Virus record (IMG/VR): IMGVR_UViG_3300017785_003150
Coordinates: 1 to 24,795 of that record
Direction: 5' to 3' (one strand)
DNA from: a virus
Taxonomy: Duplodnaviria > Caudoviricetes
Length of the DNA stretch: 24,795 nucleotides
In this document: positions 18,346-24,795 of the stretch, piece after piece
How the letters are laid out: the number at the start of each line of letters is the position of its first letter
Numbering within the stretch: position 1 is the first letter of the stretch
Notes under the pieces: model-generated
The model's database searches: none
What the model saw: the letters and a program-made list of their open reading frames with translations, nothing else
What the model was told of the DNA's origin: nothing
Position numbers and translations under genes: made by a program

Positions 18346-19017
18346 TTAAAATCCTGCTGAAGTATCTGAACTTCCAAATGTATCTACATCAGGAGCAATA
18401 GGGATCATTTTTTTAACATCCCACTTACTTTCAGGGTTAAATCTTAGTTTAGTTTCAGCAAGTACAGGTTTCTCACAACCTTCAGTCATAGCTTCTGCAT
18501 AAGGAACAAAAGCTACTTTCAAATTAGCAACAGTAATAATTTTACCTGCTTCTTTAGTACTTTCTTTCTCTTCCCCAACAAATTTGTATCTAACTACCTT
18601 CCCTTTAACAATAGGATTGATAGCATCAACAAAAGCTTCTAACTGAGCTTGAGTAACTGCAATATCATCAGAATCAGATTCTGGGACAGGCAATGTTGTA
18701 AACATAACTGAAGAAGCTTGTTTTCTTGTAGTCAAAGCATCTAGAAAATGCAATACTGAAGTTACCCAGCTAACATAGTTAGAAATTTGTTTTCCAGTTC
18801 TATCAGTTCTAACTCCTTGAGAGAAAGATTCATACTGGCTTCTAGAAGTTTTTTCTGCATCACCACCTTCAGGATAAAAAGTTCTAACCAACATTGGGTT
18901 TCCGTTTTTATCAATTTTAATTGAAAAACCATCAAATACTAGTTTTTCGTTAATTCCTGCTTTAATATAATTTCCACCTGTAGATACAGGTTCTTGTACT
19001 GTTTCAAAAAAGTTCAT
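18346..19017 (-). CDS. Hypothetical protein, possible single-stranded DNA-binding protein
   Basis: Lies between the AAA ATPase and primase genes; beta-rich with an acidic tail ending in F (DVDTFGSSDTSAGF). Function inferred. Confidence 0.45.
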   Translation of the reverse strand: MNFFETVQEPVSTGGNYIKAGINEKLVFDGFSIKIDKNGNPMLVRTFYPEGGDAEKTSRSQYESFSQGVRTDRTGKQISNYVSWVTSVLHFLDALTTRKQASSVMFTTLPVPESDSDDIAVTQAQLEAFVDAINPIVKGKVVRYKFVGEEKESTKEAGKIITVANLKVAFVPYAEAMTEGCEKPVLAETKLRFNPESKWDVKKMIPIAPDVDTFGSSDTSAGF

Positions 19018-19058
19018 TCTTAATTTATTTGTTTTTGTTACTCTAATAGAGTAGATTT

Positions 19059-19778
19059 TTAGATAAATATTTTATCCCAATAAGAAACTAAATTACCATC
19101 AACTAGTTCAGTAATAATAATTTCTTGATTTTTTAGATGCTCTGGTCTAGCACCACAAGTAATTTGATCACTTGTTTTAAAGTTAATTTTGACCTGATTT
19201 TGAGTCCTGTAAAGCAAACCAATAGCATCTGCTTTAGAACAGATTAAAGATTTAAGTTTACCTGACAAATCAATATCAACAGCACTAACTTCTTTCCCAT
19301 TAGATTCTACCATTTTATCAGTCAAATGTCCTACTAAAATGATACCACCTTCTTCAGGAACCAGTGTTTCAATGTAATCTATAATTTTAAAGAAAGCTTC
19401 CCTAAGATATAGATAACCTGCACCATTAGGTAGTTTGAGTACATTATCCCCTGTAAAAGATTTACCCATAGGTGTATCCATATAAAGCTTTTTAGCCAAC
19501 CCTAAACACATATCCTGTAATGCAGTAACTGTATCTACAGAAATATATTTATAAGGTCTACCTTGCTTTATAATTTCTTCACCAACTTCTTTTAAGTAAG
19601 CCAATGAAGGGATTTTAATTTTTAAAGCTTCAACGTAATCAGAACCATTCTCGAAATCTAAAATTAAATTATTCTCTAGCATTGATAAAGCAGTTGTTTT
19701 ACCTGCTTTAGGTTTACTATAAATAACAGTTCTTTTAGGATTGTCCCTGGTTATTGGTATTTTTGATGTTGGTAACAT
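19059..19778 (-). CDS. AAA_24/Sak4-like P-loop ATPase (putative recombinase)
   Basis: YSKPKAGKTT, ILDFENGS, ISVDTVT, LPNGAGY, ILVGH, ADAIG, GARPEHL. Confidence 0.85.
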   Translation of the reverse strand: MLPTSKIPITRDNPKRTVIYSKPKAGKTTALSMLENNLILDFENGSDYVEALKIKIPSLAYLKEVGEEIIKQGRPYKYISVDTVTALQDMCLGLAKKLYMDTPMGKSFTGDNVLKLPNGAGYLYLREAFFKIIDYIETLVPEEGGIILVGHLTDKMVESNGKEVSAVDIDLSGKLKSLICSKADAIGLLYRTQNQVKINFKTSDQITCGARPEHLKNQEIIITELVDGNLVSYWDKIFI

Positions 19779-20052
19779 TATTATTTACAAATTGTTTTAA
19801 ATCTTGAACAACTTTAGTATATTGTTCTATATATTCTGCAATAGTAGAAGCATCAACTAGCTCTGTAGCTAATCTATTTAATACTATTGAAAAATCAATC
19901 AAAGGGTAGTATCCAATAACATCTTCTTTGATACCCTTTTCACCAGTGGGAATTCCCCCTAGCTTATCTAATTTATCATATTCTTTTAAATGAATTAAAG
20001 TCCAACAATATTGATCTTTAATCAATTTAAAATCTTTATATAATAATTCCAT
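19735..20052 (-). CDS. Hypothetical protein
   Basis: 105-aa ORF coupled to the upstream gene by TAATG; contains a GYY motif. Confidence 0.65.
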   Translation of the reverse strand: MELLYKDFKLIKDQYCWTLIHLKEYDKLDKLGGIPTGEKGIKEDVIGYYPLIDFSIVLNRLATELVDASTIAEYIEQYTKVVQDLKQFVNNNVTNIKNTNNQGQS

Positions 20053-20411
20053 TACAAAGTATTTGCTAGTTTAATAACTCTATCAATCATTATTCTATGC
20101 TGAGCTTCCATATATGCTTGAGTTCTTTCATCATTCCCATAATGAGGAAACATATGCAACTCAACACTTCCAGTTAGTTTATCAAACTGTTGTTTATTTA
20201 TAGTCTCTGTAACATACTTTGGAACTGTAATTTTAAGGTTTAAAATATCAACAATACATCTAATTCTTTGAATAGTATCTGTTGATGTATCTCCTAGCAA
20301 AGGAACTCTTAATGCTTCCATTTTAGCCTGAGCTTCTTGAAATGCTTTAATATTCTGTTCCGTCATTTGTTCTTCTGTTAACTGCACTTCTGCATTATTT
20401 TCTTCTTGCAT
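20052..20411 (-). CDS. Hypothetical protein
   Basis: 119-aa ORF with an A-rich leader. Confidence 0.7.
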   Translation of the reverse strand: MQEENNAEVQLTEEQMTEQNIKAFQEAQAKMEALRVPLLGDTSTDTIQRIRCIVDILNLKITVPKYVTETINKQQFDKLTGSVELHMFPHYGNDERTQAYMEAQHRIMIDRVIKLANTL

Positions 20412-20449
20412 GTTTATTGTTTATATGTTAAGGTTTCCCTTATTTAATT

Positions 20450-21502
20450 TTAGTCATAAAATTGTTTTGCTTCTTGAGAATTAGCATCTTTAGGGAGTTC
20501 TATAAAACTACCTATTTCTGGTTTAACGTAGATTGGGATAGCAATATTGTCATCAGCCAATCTGTTTTTAATAATCTTCAAAATTACTAATTTTCTTTTA
20601 AGTCTACTAACATCATAGCCTAATGAACTAGCCATATCTAATTTAAAAGGAGACATAAGCCCAATAACTACATCAGCATCTGTATAAGGATTTCTACTAT
20701 CCTTAAAGTCAGACTTCTGAGGAGATAAATCTACCCCTTTAAACTTAGACCTTTCTACACTACTTAAGCCATCGTTAAATTGCTGTAAATAAAATATACT
20801 GAGTTTAAATACATTCCTCAAAAATATAGAATATTCTGACATCTTGTCTATATTTTGTTTAGTATCAAAACCTCTTTCATCTTTCATTAAAGCCAAGTGG
20901 TCAATAGCTGCAATAGTTATTTCATCAGGATCATTTGGACTATATCCAACAATCCTTTGTTTTTTTACACCATTCTCATCTTCATAAGGTTCATATAATA
21001 ATTTACCTCTAGACTCAAAGTGTTTAAATAATTCATTCCTAATCCCTGTAGGATTTATAGGCTCAAAAACAAAATTAATTCTAGAAAACATTTCTTCAAC
21101 TTCAAGAATACAACTATCAACTAATTGCTGTTCATCTTCAGTTAAACTCATCTCTTCAATATTATCTTTAGTTCTAAGACCTTTAATCTTTTGTGGGGGA
21201 ATTATTTTTCCATACTTATTTGCTACTGCTCTAGATAACCAATTACATTTTTTAGTTAAAGCATCTATCTCAAATGAATAGTAAAAAACATTAATTTTTT
21301 TACCTTGAGCAATAGCATCTTCAATAGCACTAGATATTATAAAATCTAACAATGTAGTTTTATAAGTACCTGAATCACCGCCAATTAAAGTATAACAGGC
21401 TTTTTGAACACCAAATATAAAGTTATTTAGTCTTTTAAAACCATTAGATAATCCTTCATAAGCACCATCAACACCTTCTTTAATTCTGTTTTTTAATTCC
21501 AT
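20450..21502 (-). CDS. DnaB-like replicative helicase (C-terminal ATPase domain only)
   Basis: LIGGDSGTYKTT (Walker A variant), YYSFE, AIDHLAL, LQQFN, DFKDS...DADVVIGL, IIKNR. Confidence 0.88.
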   Translation of the reverse strand: MELKNRIKEGVDGAYEGLSNGFKRLNNFIFGVQKACYTLIGGDSGTYKTTLLDFIISSAIEDAIAQGKKINVFYYSFEIDALTKKCNWLSRAVANKYGKIIPPQKIKGLRTKDNIEEMSLTEDEQQLVDSCILEVEEMFSRINFVFEPINPTGIRNELFKHFESRGKLLYEPYEDENGVKKQRIVGYSPNDPDEITIAAIDHLALMKDERGFDTKQNIDKMSEYSIFLRNVFKLSIFYLQQFNDGLSSVERSKFKGVDLSPQKSDFKDSRNPYTDADVVIGLMSPFKLDMASSLGYDVSRLKRKLVILKIIKNRLADDNIAIPIYVKPEIGSFIELPKDANSQEAKQFYD

Positions 21503-21981
21503 TAGATAGCATCATATTTTTCTATTTCTTCTTCAATTTCCAAATCACAATATTTCTCCCAAGTCCTTTGATTAAACCAAGTTTTAATATCTTGTTGGAA
21601 TTGTTGACTATTACCTTTTTCTCTCATTTGTAATTCCATTTTAAGACCTTTTAACATTTTAGATGCTACATCAGGATTTTTCCTGACATAATAATTAAAT
21701 TTACTTGTACAGTAACTATAATCACCAGTATCATGTTTAACGGCTTTTAGTACCCTAGTTCCTATTTTATGAGGATATGAGTCATAAATGGTATCAAATG
21801 GAGTTTTTTGAGGTATTAGTTTTCTAGCAATTGAATCAGAAACAGCATTAAATTGTAAATATCCTTTGGATTCTAATCCTTCAATATCTACATCAGGGAG
21901 TTTGTATAACACTTTATATAAATAAAATAAATCTGTCATACTAACTCCCAGTTCCAAAGCTAATTCTTTACTTATTTCCAT
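21502..21981 (-). CDS. Putative replication initiator / helicase-loader-like protein
   Basis: FDTIYDSYPHK and TWFNQRTWEKY resemble the F..FW..YP / TWLNQ..W signature of phage replisome organisers; translationally coupled to the helicase gene. Confidence 0.55.
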   Translation of the reverse strand: MEISKELALELGVSMTDLFYLYKVLYKLPDVDIEGLESKGYLQFNAVSDSIARKLIPQKTPFDTIYDSYPHKIGTRVLKAVKHDTGDYSYCTSKFNYYVRKNPDVASKMLKGLKMELQMREKGNSQQFQQDIKTWFNQRTWEKYCDLEIEEEIEKYDAI

Positions 21982-22348
21982 AAATCTGTTTTAAAAAAGC
22001 CAATCTATTTTTACCACCTTCTGTTAGATTATTACCCCCTTTTGAATTTTCTTCCCAATTTGATCTTGAATCATGAAAATCTTGTAAAGTACTCCAAAAT
22101 TCATCTTCATGCCCTTTATAAGATTGTTTAAAAGGTATATAATTATCAAAACGGTCACTCAAATCATAAAGATCACCAGGATTATCATAAAGTATGCTAT
22201 CTAAAGCTTTCTTTGTTAAGCATCTACCAACTGCACACATATTACCATCTTCAGTAATATATTCACAATTGGTATGTGAGTTTATTCCTCTACTATGAGT
22301 TCTGTAATACCTTACAGTTTCATCAATAATTTGTAGTTTAGTTTTCAT
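21968..22348 (-). CDS. Hypothetical phage protein with C-x-Y...CAVG and LQxxHD motifs
   Basis: CEYITEDGNMCAVGRCL and LQDFHD. Confidence 0.7.
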   Translation of the reverse strand: MKTKLQIIDETVRYYRTHSRGINSHTNCEYITEDGNMCAVGRCLTKKALDSILYDNPGDLYDLSDRFDNYIPFKQSYKGHEDEFWSTLQDFHDSRSNWEENSKGGNNLTEGGKNRLAFLKQIYGNK

Positions 22349-22354
22349 ATTTTA

Positions 22355-22585
22355 TTAATCATTATAACTATATTCAGCTTTTTCTTCCATATAAGTATCG
22401 TAATCATATTTTTCATTAAAATATTCTTCAACATCTTGTATATTAGTAACTTCTACCTCATACATATCTTCAATCAAAGCCTTCATTTCTTCAGGGGTTT
22501 TAGGGGCTGTTGCAGGATCACAATAATCTCTTATCCATCCCATTGCTACTCTTAAGTCTGTTGTTGATAATTTTGGTTTAGCCAT
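22355..22585 (-). CDS. Hypothetical acidic protein
   Basis: 76-aa ORF overlapping the helicase stop codon. Confidence 0.65.
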   Translation of the reverse strand: MAKPKLSTTDLRVAMGWIRDYCDPATAPKTPEEMKALIEDMYEVEVTNIQDVEEYFNEKYDYDTYMEEKAEYSYND

Positions 22586-23645
22586 TGTTTATATAATTTA
22601 TTTTAGTTTCTGGTACAAATGCTAGTGAAGATTTATTCCAATCTTCATCTACTGTATTTTTAACACATAATACGTCAATTTCTGCTATTCTACTCCCATC
22701 AATATTCATAACCCTTAGTACCCTTTGAATAGCTCTTTCTTCAACAGAATTTAGTTGATGAACTATAGAATGTTTTAGATCTGAAATTGTTACACCCATA
22801 TCTACCATAGAAATGGTAGCTAGTTTGTTAATTTTTTTATCTTTAAATCTGTTAAGATTATCATTCTTGGCTTGGCTATGGTAAACACTTCTACAAAGTT
22901 TGTTGGCTACTTTAGTTAAAGCAGTAAATACAAGAACTCTCTTTTTACTCTTAATTAATGATTTAGCTAAAGCAATTTTATTCTTTGATGAATAAATTAA
23001 TCTAGCTCTTAATCCCGCGTAATAAAGTTTAATCTTTGCATTATTGATTCTCTTAAAATAATCCATATTTCTACTAAATATTTCATAAGCTTGTTTTTCT
23101 GTATATAATTTACCTTTGAATTCTACATCTAGTTCTTTATCATCTAACTCACAATAGTGTACAGTTATTTTATAATCACTAACAATAGAATCTCCAACAG
23201 CATCAATTACATCATATCTAAATTTTTCTTTAACCCCAAGTTGATATAACCACTTATCTTTAACTTTTTTCCCTAATGTACCTGTAATAGCACATATAGG
23301 TTTTTTAGCTTGTTTAAAGTATGAAATTTCAGTTTCTGATAGAGAATGACACTCATCTTTAACTATCAAATCATAAGAGGTTAAATCAACCTTTTTTACA
23401 GAGGTTTTTAGAATAATATCTAGTTCTCCTGTATAATTCCATTTAATGATTTCATCTTCCCATGTTTTCTTGATAGTATCAAATGGAACTATAATCAAAA
23501 TCTTTAAATGTTGAATTGGTAGTAGAGCTTGTAAAATACAATAAGTTTTACCAAACCTAGGAGATGCAACAAAAATACCTGAATATTTGTTTGTAATTAT
23601 GCAATTTATAAGCTCTTGTTGCTTTTCTTTTCTTTTATCAATCAT
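22578..23645 (-). CDS. Superfamily 2 DExH helicase
   Basis: SPRFGKT, DECH, ITGT, MVDMGV, QRVLRVM. Start reassigned to the ATG at 23645, giving an ATGA overlap with the HNH stop. Confidence 0.85.
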   Translation of the reverse strand: MIDKRKEKQQELINCIITNKYSGIFVASPRFGKTYCILQALLPIQHLKILIIVPFDTIKKTWEDEIIKWNYTGELDIILKTSVKKVDLTSYDLIVKDECHSLSETEISYFKQAKKPICAITGTLGKKVKDKWLYQLGVKEKFRYDVIDAVGDSIVSDYKITVHYCELDDKELDVEFKGKLYTEKQAYEIFSRNMDYFKRINNAKIKLYYAGLRARLIYSSKNKIALAKSLIKSKKRVLVFTALTKVANKLCRSVYHSQAKNDNLNRFKDKKINKLATISMVDMGVTISDLKHSIVHQLNSVEERAIQRVLRVMNIDGSRIAEIDVLCVKNTVDEDWNKSSLAFVPETKINYINNG

Positions 23646-24283
23646 AGTTCCAATGTGCAATCATTTGCATTTTTAAGTTTAAATTCATATATTCTTTTTA
23701 TTAATTCTAAAAATTGATTATATTCTAAATTTCTTTTAGCTTTATTGCAATCTTCGCAACAAGGAACGACATTGGTTATTTCATAACCTTTGTTAGAATC
23801 AAGCCTATCTACACCATTAAAATATATTCTTGACAATCCTTGTCTGATTTTACTTCTATCCATTCTACATTTATTAGGTTCTAAATTGCAATAATGACAA
23901 TTTGAAGTAACCAACATTTTAAATTCAGAAAATGTTAATTTAAAATCCCATTTTTTAATTTTACATTTTGCTCTATAGTTAGAAAATAAAATAGAACATT
24001 TACCTTCTATAGGGTCTGTGTATTTTACACAAGCTGTTTTAGCCCATTCTGATAATTTGTCTTTTCTACATTTTGAACAACAATAAGTATTTCTTGATTT
24101 TTTAGATTGTAAAAGAGAATATTTAGGAGCTGATTCTATATTACCACAAAAACATTTATATTTATAATAATAAATATTTCTTTCATTACCTTCTTCAACT
24201 CTATCGAATTCTATTACTTTTACTTTCCCTATTATAGTTCCAATAAATTCTTGATGTTTAATTCTGTTTTCGTATACTTTCAT
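23642..24283 (-). CDS. Free-standing Zn-binding HNH-type (putative homing) endonuclease
   Basis: YKCFCG, CCSKC, CHYC, NGVDRLDSNKGY..NVVPCCEDCNKAK (beta-beta-alpha-metal fold). Confidence 0.85.
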   Translation of the reverse strand: MKVYENRIKHQEFIGTIIGKVKVIEFDRVEEGNERNIYYYKYKCFCGNIESAPKYSLLQSKKSRNTYCCSKCRKDKLSEWAKTACVKYTDPIEGKCSILFSNYRAKCKIKKWDFKLTFSEFKMLVTSNCHYCNLEPNKCRMDRSKIRQGLSRIYFNGVDRLDSNKGYEITNVVPCCEDCNKAKRNLEYNQFLELIKRIYEFKLKNANDCTLEL

Positions 24284-24314
24284 ATTTAAGATATTTTATA
24301 TATTTATATAACTA

Positions 24315-24346
24315 CAAATATATAACAAATATCTTAAACTAACAAA
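24315..24346 (-). promoter_or_regulatory. Bacteroidota housekeeping-sigma promoter for the HNH gene
   Basis: Minus strand TTTG (24346-24343), 20-nt spacer, TATATTTG (24322-24315), matching the -33 TTTG / -7 TAnnTTTG consensus. Confidence 0.7.
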
Positions 24347-24795
24347 TTATTTTTATCAGAAACCATTCCCCAAGCTTCTAAAGTATATTTAAAAGGAGAA
24401 TTTGGAATATTTTCTATCAAATATAGCATTGTATTACTAATAGTTTGAATTTCTTTTTGACTATGCTCACTATTCCTAAGCTTTAGAAAGTTAGCAAATG
24501 ATCTCATATTAAACATTACATCAGCTTGTATTTGAGAGTTATAAGTTTTAAAATATCTAGCAGATTCTTTAGCTCTCTTTCTACCAAGTATAGGAGTTAA
24601 ATCTTTTAAGCATTGATGATAAAGATTATTACCTAATAAAGTATATCTTTCAAGTACTGTATCCCAATTATCAGAATATCCACCAAATTCAACTTCAGAT
24701 TCAATACCAATAGCAAACCTTTCAGAATCATTATCATAAACATCTTCTGTTACCTTGATTTCTTTCCAATCTTCAGGTAAATAAAACTTATCTTC
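24334..24795 (-). CDS. thyX: Flavin-dependent thymidylate synthase, C-terminal part (5'-truncated)
   Basis: Frame is open to the window edge: EDKFYLPEDW...GRKRAKESARYFKTYNSQIQADVMFNMRSFANFLKLRNSEHSQKEI, matching the ThyX ExAR...NxRS...LR...AQxEI pattern. Confidence 0.88.
   Translation of the reverse strand, partial: EDKFYLPEDWKEIKVTEDVYDNDSERFAIGIESEVEFGGYSDNWDTVLERYTLLGNNLYHQCLKDLTPILGRKRAKESARYFKTYNSQIQADVMFNMRSFANFLKLRNSEHSQKEIQTISNTMLYLIENIPNSPFKYTLEAWGMVSDKNNLLV

Noticed and set aside
23642-24334. Group I intron housing the HNH gene
   Set aside because: thyX ends normally, the helicase starts intact, and there is no room for an intron core.
24334-24516. 60-aa standalone ORF
   Set aside because: It is the C-terminus of ThyX, whose frame extends past the window edge.
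1-24795. tRNA genes, tandem repeats, DGR or integrase
   Set aside because: Intergenic gaps are all under about 90 nt with no cloverleaf; no repeat pairs, reverse transcriptase or recombinase motifs noticed by eye.

Overview
AT-rich, densely coding fragment of a lytic dsDNA phage, most consistent with a crAss-like (Crassvirales-type) phage of a Bacteroidota host. Evidence for the host: A-rich leaders without Shine-Dalgarno sequences and a TTTG-N20-TAnnTTTG promoter. Positions 1-5402 (+) hold the end of a cluster of large, probably virion-packaged/ejected proteins. One carries a degenerate zincin motif plus a nucleotidyltransferase domain; the other a PD-(D/E)xK nuclease domain plus a C-terminal hydrophobic helix. 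A bidirectional terminator separates these from a long minus-strand replication/nucleotide-metabolism module. In transcription order it encodes ThyX (partial), HNH endonuclease, SF2 helicase, DnaB-like helicase, AAA/Sak4-like ATPase, primase, PD-(D/E)xK resolvase-like nuclease, 5'-3' exonuclease, uracil-DNA glycosylase, metallophosphoesterase, class II ribonucleotide reductase, a macro-like protein, dUTPase, vWA protein, rIIA, rIIB and a DUF1599-like protein. No DNA polymerase, tRNA, CRISPR array or integrase was seen. Most notable observations: a toxin-like NTase in a probable virion cargo protein; a promoter-in-hairpin switch in front of the HNH gene; a vWA-rIIA-rIIB module sharing an RDxxG[RH]F peptide; and structured RNA leaders before rIIA and nrdJ. 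All calls come from motif recognition by eye; no database searches were run.
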